This document shows positions 1 through 9,138 of a stretch of 64,000 nt of DNA, piece after piece. The translations under genes were made by a program, and so were the position numbers. A model generated the notes under the pieces. That model saw only the letters and a list, made by a program, of their open reading frames with translations, had not been told where the DNA came from and did not search any database. Every line of letters begins with the position of its first letter. Positions within the stretch are counted from its first letter, which is position 1. Source of the stretch: Pirellulales bacterium (GTDB lineage: Bacteria; Planctomycetota; Planctomycetia; Pirellulales; JAICIG01); the NCBI GenBank assembly GCA_040901675.1, contig JBBDYJ010000013.1, positions 80,536-144,535 of the forward strand, written 5' to 3'.

Positions 1-1
1 C

Positions 2-148
2 CAAGGCATGGGGACGCAGTTCGATCCCGTGCTGCTGGCCTCTTTCTTTACGGTGATCGACGAACTGGAAAGGATCGGGCAGTTGCACCCGGATCACCCG
101 CCGGGCGAAGCTGCGCTGGCCGGGGCGGCCGGGACCGCCGTGATCTGA
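2..148 (+). CDS. C-terminal end of an HD-GYP domain protein (partial, enters from the left edge)
   Basis: Frame 2 reads QGMGTQFDPVLLASFF...TAVI*. GTQFDP is the typical end of HD-GYP domains. The stop overlaps the convergent NHL gene. Confidence 0.65.
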   Translation, partial: QGMGTQFDPVLLASFFTVIDELERIGQLHPDHPPGEAALAGAAGTAVI

Positions 149-969
149 CCCTGACCGTCGATCTGGAAGACGGCCTTGGCCTGGGGGTCGGCTACGAAGA
201 GCTTGTCGCCTCGCCAGGCAAGACCCACGGGCCCCACCAGCGGCTTGCCGCTCGCCCAGGACGCGGGCTTGCCTGCCCGATCGAGCTTCCAGATGGTCTT
301 GGCATAGTTGTCGCTGATGTAGACGTTGCCCTGGGAGTCGATGGCGATGTCGTGGGCAAACTGGAAGGCCCGCCCCTTGATCACGGTTTCGACCTTGCCG
401 GCCGCCGTTACGCGCAGCAGCTCGTTGTCGCCCCGCGAGACCACCCACAGCCGGCCGTCTTGGTCGAGGGCGACGCCCCGCGGAGCCGGCACGTCGGCGA
501 ACTTTTCGGGTTTTCCTCCCCCGGCCGGCACCTTCCAGATGCAGTGCAGCTCCAGGTCCGAAACCAGCAGGTCGCCCGCCTCGGTGACGGCGATGCCCAT
601 GGGGATGCCGATTCCTCCTCCCGTCAATGGTTCGGCCTTGCCATCGGCGTCAAAGCGGTACACTTCGCGGGTGGCGCTGTCACCGACCAGCACTCGGCCT
701 TCGCGATCGACCGCGATCGAGCGCGGGGCGTTGAGCGGCGTGCGCAACTGCTTGGATCCTTGAAAAAACAAGGCCCGCTTGCCATCTTCGATCTGCCAGA
801 TGCCCGGCAGGTTCCGGTCGACGATGAACAGCGTCTGCTCGCGCGCGGCGATGGCCAACGGGTATTGCATCTCCTGGCCCAGGCCCAAAGTCGGCTGCAA
901 CCAGCCGGCCAAGGCCGTCAACACAGCAGCGCCAAAGAACCGTGGAGGATGGAATCGATCAGGCGACAT
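94..969 (-). CDS. Secreted NHL-repeat beta-propeller protein
   Basis: Signal-peptide-like N-terminus and repeated PRSIAVD / PMGIAVT / PRGVALD / AHDIAID motifs. Confidence 0.85.
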   Translation of the reverse strand: MSPDRFHPPRFFGAAVLTALAGWLQPTLGLGQEMQYPLAIAAREQTLFIVDRNLPGIWQIEDGKRALFFQGSKQLRTPLNAPRSIAVDREGRVLVGDSATREVYRFDADGKAEPLTGGGIGIPMGIAVTEAGDLLVSDLELHCIWKVPAGGGKPEKFADVPAPRGVALDQDGRLWVVSRGDNELLRVTAAGKVETVIKGRAFQFAHDIAIDSQGNVYISDNYAKTIWKLDRAGKPASWASGKPLVGPVGLAWRGDKLFVADPQAKAVFQIDGQGQITAVPAAPASAASPGG

Positions 970-1038
970 GGGACAGTACCTTCGCTGGATTCGAAAATGT
1001 TAAGCAATGAAAGCCACGTTGTTAAGGCCCGGTTGACT

Positions 1039-4000
1039 TCAATCGGCTGGCTCCCAGTCGAGAACCTGGCGCCAGAAGTCGAGCGTATTTTGCCGCCGGG
1101 TCTGATACCGGCGCAGATAATCGAGATGGCGCGGGGTCGTGGGATAGGCCTCGTCGGCTCCGTAGGGATAGCCGCTCATTCCCAAAAACGGCAACGGCTC
1201 GACCTGCTCGCCATAGACGGTGTTCAGGTCGGCGTCCTTGTCCCAGCCCACGTTGTAGAGCAAGAAGTCGCGCTTCCAGCCGGCCGGCGGGTCGCCGGCA
1301 GGCGCCTTGAACCGCAGCGACAGCTCGTCGCCGGCTCCCATCACCACCAGCAAGTCGTCGGTCTGGTCGAGCAGCTCGTCCACGGGTCCGTAGCGCGTGA
1401 AGTGCCCGGTCATGGCCGGCCACTTGGGCTCCGGGCTGACCTGATCATAGTCGAAGTGCTCGGGACCAAAACCCTCGTCGGGGGTGCGCCGGGAAAAGCC
1501 CCGGTAGTCCAGCTCGGCCGACGCCAACTCCAGCGGAGTCAGCTTCACGCTCACCGGCTCCTCGTCGACGGTGAAGAAAGCCTCGTCCCAGTAGATCTCC
1601 ATGTTGGTGACGATCCGCACCCGGTAGTCGTCGTGTACGAAGGCCCCGGATAGATCCACCGCGATCGTCTTGGTCTTGCCGCCCGGAAAACCCATATAAG
1701 CTTGGGCCAACCGCCACTGGCCGGTTGCGTCGGGAACGTATAGCGCGGGAGGCTGCGGCGACTCCAGCTCCGGATGCCGCGAGATGCCCACATTCATGGA
1801 GCTGCCGGTCGGGAAGATCCAGCCGGTCAGAAACAGCGTGATCTGTTGTGGATTCTCCAATGAGCCGAAATCCAGCTCCAGCGCGTGCTCCTCGGCCAGG
1901 CCCATGCCCAGCTTGCGGTCGAAGGCCTTGAGATACTGGCCGTCGCGCCGGCGGACGCGGTCGAGCACGTCGCGGCCACGCTGGTCGCGCGCGGCCAGCG
2001 GCGTCCGGGGCATGGCAACGGTATGCACCTTGAACTCGGCGATCTCGGCCGGACCGACTTTCTCGTTCGAGTAGATCTCAACGCGGGCCGGATGGTCGAC
2101 GACGATCAGTTGCACCTGGTCGAGGTAGGCGGCCTCCCACAGTTCCTCGGTAATCCGTAGATCGTAATGCCCGTCGCGGGGCACCAGTTGATCTCCGCCG
2201 ATGCGCAGATACTCCCATTCGCGGGCCGGCGCGAAGATGCCCTCGGCAAGCTGCAAGCCCAGCGGCGCGGACCAGAGGCAATCGGTGACAAACTCGAATT
2301 TTTCGCCCGACCAGGCGTACAAGTAGGGGCACGACCCGATGAGGACCTGCTCTTCGCACAGCACCTGGTCGCGGTCGGGATTGAGGATGTTCTGCGGAAC
2401 ACCGGTGGTCCAGATCACTCGGGCGACGTCGGGTTTCGAGTGTTGACCCAGCCCAAAGTGCGTTTTTTGTCCCGACACCACCTGCCGCTGCCGCCTCGCG
2501 CCGGCTCGCAGCTCGATGACGCTGCCCAATCCGCTGTGGTTGACCCGGAAGCTGCGCGTCTGCTGATCGGTGATTCCCGCGCGAAGCTCGATCGAGAGCC
2601 AATGGTTGCTGTTGCCCCCGTCGTTGTCGAGCAACACGACGCGGTCGGCGCTGGCGACGGCCAAGTCCTGGTCGCCGTCGCCGTCCAGGTCGGCCACGCC
2701 GACGGCCCGGACGGCTTTGGGGGCTGCGTCCACCAGCCGTGGCATCAGCCGCCACTCACCCTCCGAGACACCGCGGTACACATCGAGTCCCGCCTCGGAC
2801 CAGGCCACCAGGTCGACCAGGCCGTCGTTGTCGAAGTCGCAGGTGGCGACGCCAGCGTGAGGAGGCTCAGCCAGGGCCCGAGTGGCCCGCCCCTGCAACA
2901 CTCCTGAACGGCTTAGCTGCGTCAACACGACCTTCAGGCCCTGCTCACCGGCGGAAGCCAGGTCCCAGGAACCGTCGGCATCGGCGTCGAGCAGTGCCAG
3001 AGAGCTGGCTGATTCGAGCGCCTCGAATCCCGATTCCAACGGCTGCCAGCGAAGCTGGCCATGCTTAAGGTTTTCCAGGTAGCCGGCTCGCCCGGTCGGC
3101 CCGGCGATGACGACATCCAAATCCACGTCCCGGTCCAGGTCCACGCTCACCAGGGCCGTGGCCTGCAGAGCGGCGTCAGGCAGCTTGGAGCGCGAGCTGA
3201 TGTCGTAAAAGGTCATGTCGCCCCGGTTGGACCAGAGCGAAAGCCCGGCGGCACTGGAGACCACCAGGTCGAGGTCGCCGTCGTGCAGGATATCCGCCGC
3301 GATGACGGCCAGCACTCCCCGCAGCGCATCGAACTCGGGCGCCTGGACCACGCGATTCAGCACGCGGCCCTCGGTCGTGGTGTCGAGCTGGTTGGCCAAC
3401 AGGATAATCCCCGCGGGTCCGTACACAACCACGTCAACGTCGGCGTTCTGGCAGGCGGCCTGGCCGGCCACGGTGGTATCCTGCTGTTCGGGCGGTTGCG
3501 CCGGGCGGGCACCGCCTGCTTCGCCGGCCTCTTGGCCGGTGGAGCCCGGTTGTTTGGGATCATCCTGGTCCAGGTCGGCCAACAGCAACTGATCGAACCC
3601 GGCCGGCACAGCGGCTTGGGTGATGCGCTGCCAGGTCCTACCGTTGGCGATCCGGCTGTAGAGCTCCACCGAACTTTCCCTCAGCAGGATCGCGTCGGCC
3701 AGTCCGTCCAGGTCGAAATCAGCCAGTTTCAGATCCACGACACCAGCGATCACGGGCAGTTGGCGGTCGGCGGGGAGGGGCTTGAACACAACTCGCGGCG
3801 ACTCGTCCGCTACCGGTGGGGCCGCGGGCCGCGGGCAGTAGCGTGGTCCAAACTCGTGCAGAACGTGCTCCAGCCGATCCTTGTCGACGCGCCGGCGGTC
3901 GATCTGGGTGGCCACCGAGGGAAGGATGACGTTGGCCAGCCTGGCGGATAGTTGAAACACGGTCGCATGATCGCCTTTTTGTGCAGCGGCATCGATGGTG

Positions 4001-4734
4001 GCGAGCACCTCCAGCGGGTCCAGACGCGTTTGCTCGCGGACTGAAGCGGCAATCGGCTGCACGGCCTGCCGGGCGCCGCTCAATGTCTTCATGATCCGGC
4101 CATCCTTGGCGGTGCCCAGCTCTCGCAGCGCGACTGCTAAAAGGAAAAGATTGTCGCGGTCCAGATCATAGGCCTGGGCCAGGGTTTCCCGTGCCTGCTC
4201 CTCGCGGCCCTGGATATTCTTGGCGGCCTCGAAAAAAGCGTAGGCCGCGGTGGGATCCTCGGGGGCCAACTGCCGGGCCCGGCTCGCTTCGGCCGCCGCC
4301 CGGGTGTTGTCGCCGGCCGCCAGAAACACTTTCGCCGCCAGCAAGAGCGCCTCGGGCGACTCGCTTTCGACGGCGAGCATCCGCTCGGCCGCCTTGACCG
4401 CCTCGGCAGGCGTGGTTCGGTTCTGTTCCAGGCCGATCAACCGCGTGATGGTGAGATTGCGGTGGCCCAGCGGATCGTGCGGCATCTTCTCCGCAATTTC
4501 GGAAAAGACCCGATCGGCTTCGGACAACTTATCCGCGGCAAGTCGGCCACCCTCCAGGTAGCCGATGGCCACGTTCTTCAACGACTCCAGCCGCCGGCAC
4601 TCGTCGGGCGAGATGTCGTTGCGCGAAGACAGCCACGAAACCAGCAGGACCACGGCCGACAGCGCCAGCAGCACGGCGCCGAGCCGCAAGCCGCGCCCTC
4701 GGCCAATCCAGCCAGCACTTGATGATTCGGCCAT
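1039..4734 (-). CDS. TPR + FG-GAP repeat + ASPIC/UnbV (CRTAC1-like) protein
   Basis: N-terminal TM, TPR-like helices, many DxDxDGxxD motifs, NHWLSIEL...HFGLG ASPIC/UnbV region, and the conserved C-terminal GSCPYLY..ELWE..GWDKDAD domain. Confidence 0.85.
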   Translation of the reverse strand: MAESSSAGWIGRGRGLRLGAVLLALSAVVLLVSWLSSRNDISPDECRRLESLKNVAIGYLEGGRLAADKLSEADRVFSEIAEKMPHDPLGHRNLTITRLIGLEQNRTTPAEAVKAAERMLAVESESPEALLLAAKVFLAAGDNTRAAAEASRARQLAPEDPTAAYAFFEAAKNIQGREEQARETLAQAYDLDRDNLFLLAVALRELGTAKDGRIMKTLSGARQAVQPIAASVREQTRLDPLEVLATIDAAAQKGDHATVFQLSARLANVILPSVATQIDRRRVDKDRLEHVLHEFGPRYCPRPAAPPVADESPRVVFKPLPADRQLPVIAGVVDLKLADFDLDGLADAILLRESSVELYSRIANGRTWQRITQAAVPAGFDQLLLADLDQDDPKQPGSTGQEAGEAGGARPAQPPEQQDTTVAGQAACQNADVDVVVYGPAGIILLANQLDTTTEGRVLNRVVQAPEFDALRGVLAVIAADILHDGDLDLVVSSAAGLSLWSNRGDMTFYDISSRSKLPDAALQATALVSVDLDRDVDLDVVIAGPTGRAGYLENLKHGQLRWQPLESGFEALESASSLALLDADADGSWDLASAGEQGLKVVLTQLSRSGVLQGRATRALAEPPHAGVATCDFDNDGLVDLVAWSEAGLDVYRGVSEGEWRLMPRLVDAAPKAVRAVGVADLDGDGDQDLAVASADRVVLLDNDGGNSNHWLSIELRAGITDQQTRSFRVNHSGLGSVIELRAGARRQRQVVSGQKTHFGLGQHSKPDVARVIWTTGVPQNILNPDRDQVLCEEQVLIGSCPYLYAWSGEKFEFVTDCLWSAPLGLQLAEGIFAPAREWEYLRIGGDQLVPRDGHYDLRITEELWEAAYLDQVQLIVVDHPARVEIYSNEKVGPAEIAEFKVHTVAMPRTPLAARDQRGRDVLDRVRRRDGQYLKAFDRKLGMGLAEEHALELDFGSLENPQQITLFLTGWIFPTGSSMNVGISRHPELESPQPPALYVPDATGQWRLAQAYMGFPGGKTKTIAVDLSGAFVHDDYRVRIVTNMEIYWDEAFFTVDEEPVSVKLTPLELASAELDYRGFSRRTPDEGFGPEHFDYDQVSPEPKWPAMTGHFTRYGPVDELLDQTDDLLVVMGAGDELSLRFKAPAGDPPAGWKRDFLLYNVGWDKDADLNTVYGEQVEPLPFLGMSGYPYGADEAYPTTPRHLDYLRRYQTRRQNTLDFWRQVLDWEPAD

Positions 4735-4791
4735 CCAATCGATTGTAAACCAAGGCCGCCACCAGAACAGCCCATCCGGCTTCCGCGCTTT

Positions 4792-5859
4792 TCACCCGCT
4801 GGCACAGCCGCCGGGCCAGACGCCCGAGATGAGCGGGCCCGCCGGATTGGCTTGCAGCCTGCGCAGGTGCGGCCTGTCGAGCATTGAAAAGGGCGAGGCT
4901 ACGTCTTGCCACCGCTCGCCTCGCTGGGTGATGTACCGATCGGCCAGTGGGCCAAGGCGATCCTCGCTGAGACGCAGGTAGCTCACCTGTTCGGGCGCCA
5001 GGCCGATGATCCGTGCACAGGTGGCGTCGACCGCGGTCGGGTTGGCACCCACGATCACCAGCCCCATCGGCTTGGCGCTGCCCATGATAGGCCCGTCGCC
5101 TTCCATGCAGAGGATGCCATCCACAATGGCGATCGTTTTGGGCAGCGAGGCGTTGATGTCGAACACCGTGTGCGGGATGCCGGCATGGTGCAAGACGTTC
5201 TTCGGCCAGCCGTACTTGATGCCCGGAAGAACACCGTACATGTTCTTCAGCGCGGCGGTTAGCCCCACCCAGTGGTGTGTCTTGAGCTTGGGCATAGAGA
5301 CAATCAAGTCCGCCTCGACCACCTGCCGCGGAAAATAGAATCCAGCCAGTGGCGAAGCCCGTCCCCGGTTGGGCACCCAGGCCACATCTTCGTAATTCAG
5401 GTCGGCAAACGGCAGCCCTGCTGAATCGAGCGCCTGGCCCAACCCCGACTCGCCCAGCGCCGACTCGCTGTCGCGGACGTGTCCCGGCGCCTCGCCCACT
5501 TCGACGCTGGCGCCCCAACGCCGAAAAACCTCGGCCGCGGCCAGCACCATGGCCGGGTGCGTGGTCATGTGCGCAACCAGGCGGCTCGGTTCGACCAGGT
5601 TGGGCTTGATCAGCACCCGCCGCCCACGCAGGCCCGCCGGGTCGATTCCACTGGCCAGCAGCCCATCGCGGATTGTCTCGTCGAGCGGCCCGTCGTAGCG
5701 CTGCCCGCGCGCGATGAAGACCGCGGCCCGATCAGCCAAGGCCGACCGGAACAAGGGGTAGCCCAGCAGTCCAAGGGCCGCGGCACCACTTCCGATTAAC
5801 AAGGCCCTGCGATCGGTGCGAGCAGGCGCGGCGTCGGTATCGGCGAATTCAGGCGTCAC
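4792..5859 (-). CDS. DUF362 domain protein with an RR/hydrophobic N-terminus
   Basis: VLIKPNLV, TTHP, PKLKTHHW, LKNMYG, MEGDGP and AVDA motifs. The GTG start overlaps the upstream TGA (GTGA). Confidence 0.85.
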   Translation of the reverse strand: MTPEFADTDAAPARTDRRALLIGSGAAALGLLGYPLFRSALADRAAVFIARGQRYDGPLDETIRDGLLASGIDPAGLRGRRVLIKPNLVEPSRLVAHMTTHPAMVLAAAEVFRRWGASVEVGEAPGHVRDSESALGESGLGQALDSAGLPFADLNYEDVAWVPNRGRASPLAGFYFPRQVVEADLIVSMPKLKTHHWVGLTAALKNMYGVLPGIKYGWPKNVLHHAGIPHTVFDINASLPKTIAIVDGILCMEGDGPIMGSAKPMGLVIVGANPTAVDATCARIIGLAPEQVSYLRLSEDRLGPLADRYITQRGERWQDVASPFSMLDRPHLRRLQANPAGPLISGVWPGGCASG

Positions 5860-6755
5860 GTGGAACCTCCGCTCGTCCGGGCCAAACGCACCAACGGGCA
5901 GTCCTCGCCCAATGCCGCAAGGACCAGAAGCGCTGACTGGTGAGGGCCAAGGCCTCGTCGCTTGCGGGCGGCCTGCTCCAGCCAGCTCGATGCCCGCGGT
6001 ATCAGGCGGCCATGCGCCGCCAGGCCGATCAAACCGTGCGCCAGCGACATGCTGGTGGTGGCGGCGGATAGATTGGCTTCGACATAGTCCAAAGAGGCCG
6101 CGATTCGCCTCCGCTCGTCGTGCTCGCCGGCCAATGCCAACAGGGCCAGCCCCGACGGCTCGACGTGGGGCAGCAGCCTCTGGCCAAGCACGATGGTGTT
6201 CCCGTAATTGCAACCGCCGCTGGCAAACATCCGGTCTACCAACAGCAGCGCGGCCTGCCGGGCGCGCGGGTGACCGGTGCGCCCGGTGGCTTTGAGCGCC
6301 AGCAGGTTGATGGCCGTGGGCTCGATCCAAGAGTGAGTGCCTTCGACCCAGGACCAGCCCTCCAGCGTCGGATCGTGGCCGAGGTCCGGCGCTTTCGGCA
6401 AGGTCTCACCTCGCGTCGAAAGGATCCAGGCGACCGCGCGGTCCACATTGGCCTGCCAGAAGCCGCCAGGTTGCCTGGTGCCTGGTTCGTCCGCCACACT
6501 CCAGGCCAGCACTGCCAAACCAGTGGGCCAGTGCGGGTCGCGTTGCGAGGCGGTAATGCCCAGGCTGCCGTCGCCGGCCTGCAGGGCGGCCAGCCGCCGG
6601 GCAACTCGGCCGGCGGCAGCGTGCCTCTGGTGGCCCGCCAACGCTAAAGTGGCCAGGGCCATGACTTCCGTCGCCGCTGGCCCGCCCGGCCGATACGACC
6701 AACCGGCCTCGCGGCCCAGTGCATCGAGGAGTGGCGTGATCCAGGACGAAGACAT
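5856..6755 (-). CDS. Prenyltransferase/squalene-cyclase-like repeat protein
   Basis: QAGDGS, GWSWVEGTHSWIEPTA and GGCNYGN alpha/alpha-barrel repeats; start taken at MSSSWITP. Confidence 0.75.
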   Translation of the reverse strand: MSSSWITPLLDALGREAGWSYRPGGPAATEVMALATLALAGHQRHAAAGRVARRLAALQAGDGSLGITASQRDPHWPTGLAVLAWSVADEPGTRQPGGFWQANVDRAVAWILSTRGETLPKAPDLGHDPTLEGWSWVEGTHSWIEPTAINLLALKATGRTGHPRARQAALLLVDRMFASGGCNYGNTIVLGQRLLPHVEPSGLALLALAGEHDERRRIAASLDYVEANLSAATTSMSLAHGLIGLAAHGRLIPRASSWLEQAARKRRGLGPHQSALLVLAALGEDCPLVRLARTSGGST

Positions 6756-6758
6756 ATC

Positions 6759-6800
6759 TCTGGCTTCTGACCTCTGACGTCTGACCTCTGACTTCCGACT
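6759..6800. repeat. Tandem heptamer repeat (TCTGACN-like x6)
   Basis: tctggct tctgacc tctgacg tctgacc tctgact tccgact. Confidence 0.8.
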
Positions 6801-6911
6801 TCGCCGGGCGGGATTTACCTCAAAAGTACGTCGCGAAAGCACTTGTCGCGTCCGGCCGCCGGGCGTGGCCGCGAGGGACGAAAAATTCCGGGAATTATTA
6901 AAGCCGGCAAT

Positions 6912-6939
6912 TTGACAAGCCAGGAAGCTGAACTAGGTT
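6912..6939 (+). promoter_or_regulatory. Possible sigma70-type promoter for the flp leader
   Basis: Perfect TTGACA at 6912, 16-nt spacer, weak -10 TAGGTT. Confidence 0.35.
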
Positions 6940-7095
6940 TCCAGTACAGAAGCAAACGTGCTCACGCGAGCTTCTGTGGGTCGTGTCGAAAGACCGGCTC
7001 GCGCAGTCACGTCTTGCGGATTCCTGTCCAAGAAAAAAACTCTCGGTTCAGTTTCCGCGGATTGGCCTGCGCAAAGAGGCCTGCCGCCTCAACGT

Positions 7096-7183
7096 CCTCG
7101 ACAAAGGCAAACCGGCCGCAAGGCCGGGACGCAAAGCCTAGGGCCGTCCGGAGCGATCCGGACGGTAGCCGGGTTGCCGAAGG
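7096..7183 (+). ncRNA. c-di-GMP-I (GEMM) riboswitch
   Basis: GGCAAA-CCGGCC-GCAA-GGCCGG-GACGCAAAGCC...ccgtccgga/tccggacgg...TAGCCGGGTTGCCGAA matches the class I consensus and lies upstream of a pilin gene. Confidence 0.88.
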
Positions 7184-7408
7184 GATGTTGGCCGGTTGCC
7201 CCCACGGGCGCCGGCAAACCATCACTTCCACGCTCGATGCGATTGAGAGGCGCATGATGATGAGCGAGGGTTTCCGCAAGGTGCGGTGCAGGCCTGGGCG
7301 GCTATGCCGTCGGACGCACCTGGCGGAAACCAGGTTATTTGGTCAGTCCTGAGTTCGGGCCAACCACGTGACGTAGGCCGGGGACTACCAGAACCAAGGG
7401 AGGATACT

Positions 7409-7591
7409 ATGAAGACTTTTGCTCTGAAGGTGCAGCGTTTCCTCGTTTCGGAAGACGGCCCGACCGCGGTCGAATACGCCGTGATGCTGGCCCTGATCGT
7501 CATCGTCTGCTTGACGGCGATCACCACGATTGGCCAGCGCGCCAACCAGACGTTCACCGACGTCGGCAACGCTCTGCCGGTCGCCAGCTAG
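7409..7591 (+). CDS. flp: Flp family type IVb pilin
   Basis: EDG|PTAVEYAVMLALI prepilin motif, 60 aa, GGAGG RBS. Confidence 0.95.
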   Translation: MKTFALKVQRFLVSEDGPTAVEYAVMLALIVIVCLTAITTIGQRANQTFTDVGNALPVAS

Positions 7592-7641
7592 TGCACCTGC
7601 CGCCCCGGCGTTTTCGCCGGCGGACGGACAAGCAAGCGATT

Positions 7642-7677
7642 CCCCCCGGAGCCCTCGGGCACCGGGGGGTTTTTTTT
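7642..7677 (+). terminator. Intrinsic terminator after flp
   Basis: ccccccgg...ccgggggg stem followed by a run of T. Confidence 0.85.
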
Positions 7678-7827
7678 GCGCTCCGCCGCAAGGCGGGCCA
7701 TGGACGAATTACCAGGTTCGGGATTTTCCTCCACGAAATCGCCCGCGCCTTTTTTGACCTATGCTTGAACATGGCGGGTTCGTGCTCCCGGCGGTTTGCC
7801 GGCCGCAGAACCAACGAGGCCCACACG

Positions 7828-7938
7828 ATGTATCCGGTACTTCCGTTTGACACACTGCCAGGCGCGGCCCAGACCATCCTGGCGTTTTTTGCGCTGCTGG
7901 CCGCCGCGCTGAATCTGATGCTCTCGGCCAGGGCCTGA
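7828..7938 (+). CDS. Small hydrophobic 36-aa protein in the Tad locus
   Basis: MYPVLPFDTLPGAAQTILAFFALLAAALNLMLSARA; GAGG upstream; one TM-like segment. Confidence 0.5.
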   Translation: MYPVLPFDTLPGAAQTILAFFALLAAALNLMLSARA

Positions 7939-7994
7939 GCCGCGGCCGAGGAACACCGCCTGCGCCGCCGAACCAGTTTTTGAATGGAGACAAG

Positions 7995-8576
7995 ATGTTC
8001 GATCACAACTCCCTCGCACAGACCCTGGCCCAGAACTGGCCCTTCTGGCTGGTGACGGTCACGCTGGTCGTGGCGGCGGCCATCGACGGTTGGAAGCTCA
8101 AGGTGCCCAATTGGCTGACGTTCCCGATGATCATCAGCGGCTGGATCTACAGCGCGCTGGTCGGTTCCCAGGGCTTTTCCGGTTGGGAAGGCCTCGGCTA
8201 CAGCCTGGCCGGCACGGCGGTGGGCCTGGCGCTGCTGCTGCCCGCCTATGCGATTGGCGGGATGGGCGCGGGCGATGTCAAGCTTTTGGCCGGCGTAGGC
8301 GCTTGGGTCTGGCCGACCGTCACATTCTACGCATTTTGCCTGTCCGCCGTCATTGGTGGGGTGATTGCCTTGGTGATGATCCTGTACCGCAGGGCCTGGG
8401 CCAAGCACCGCGAGCAGTTCTGGATGATCTTCCTGGAAGTCATTACGCTGCGGGACCCCAACCAGTTGTCGGCCATGGCGGCGGAGCGCAAAAGTTCCAT
8501 GCTGCTCTTGCCTTACGGTATTCCGATCGCGCTGGGGACGATCCTCTACTTTGCTTGGACTGGGATGCTTTTATGA
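7995..8576 (+). CDS. cpaA: A24 prepilin peptidase CpaA/TadV
   Basis: AAIDGWKLKVPNWLT, GGMGAGDVKL and LPYGIPI motifs. Confidence 0.92.
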   Translation: MFDHNSLAQTLAQNWPFWLVTVTLVVAAAIDGWKLKVPNWLTFPMIISGWIYSALVGSQGFSGWEGLGYSLAGTAVGLALLLPAYAIGGMGAGDVKLLAGVGAWVWPTVTFYAFCLSAVIGGVIALVMILYRRAWAKHREQFWMIFLEVITLRDPNQLSAMAAERKSSMLLLPYGIPIALGTILYFAWTGMLL

Positions 8577-9091
8577 ACGACAGCAACATCAGCAAGAGTT
8601 TGTTGGACCGGGGGGAACAGGTGGAAACACGGGTGGTCTCGGGACGAAATCGGTTTCAAAGGGTTTCGCGACTGGAGAAGATCTGCCGGTTGTGCCGAAG
8701 ATACCGACGCGGAGCCGCAGCCGTGGAGTTCGCGGTCGTGGTTCCCGTGTTCTTCCTGTTTGTGTTTGGCTCACTCGAATTTGGACGCTTGCTGATGGTT
8801 CAGGCAGTCATCACCAACGCCGCCCGGGAAGGCGCCCGCAAGGGAGTGCTCGACGGTTCCACCACCGAAGGTGTCACCGCCGCGGTGAACGACTACCTGA
8901 CGCAGTCGTCCGTCTCCGGCGCGACTGTGACGGTTACTCCGAGCCCGCCCAGCAGTGCCGGTTATGGAGAACCTGTCACGGTTAGCGTCACGATTCCTTT
9001 CGATCAAGTCAGTTGGCTACCATCGCCAATGTTCTTAGGTGGAAGAACGATGGCCGCCAGCACCGTCATGCGTCGTGAAAGTGTTGAGTAG
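8573..9091 (+). CDS. tadE: TadE family pseudopilin
   Basis: RRGAAAVEFAVV and NAAREGARKG motifs; ATGA overlap with cpaA. Confidence 0.9.
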   Translation: MNDSNISKSLLDRGEQVETRVVSGRNRFQRVSRLEKICRLCRRYRRGAAAVEFAVVVPVFFLFVFGSLEFGRLLMVQAVITNAAREGARKGVLDGSTTEGVTAAVNDYLTQSSVSGATVTVTPSPPSSAGYGEPVTVSVTIPFDQVSWLPSPMFLGGRTMAASTVMRRESVE

Positions 9092-9138
9092 AGCCAAGTG
9101 CGCCGCGCGTGCTCGCGGCCAACGGTTGGAGGGGGGAC

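Noticed and set aside
5860..6330. N-terminal extension of the DUF362 ORF to 6330
   Set aside because: It overlaps the upstream gene out of frame; the GTG at 5859 gives translational coupling
7205..7260. Second tandem c-di-GMP aptamer at GGCAAACC (about 7213)
   Set aside because: Lacks the GNRA stem and the GACGCAAAGC segment
6843..7352. 169-aa ORF upstream of flp
   Set aside because: It overlaps the riboswitch and structured leader and has no protein-like features
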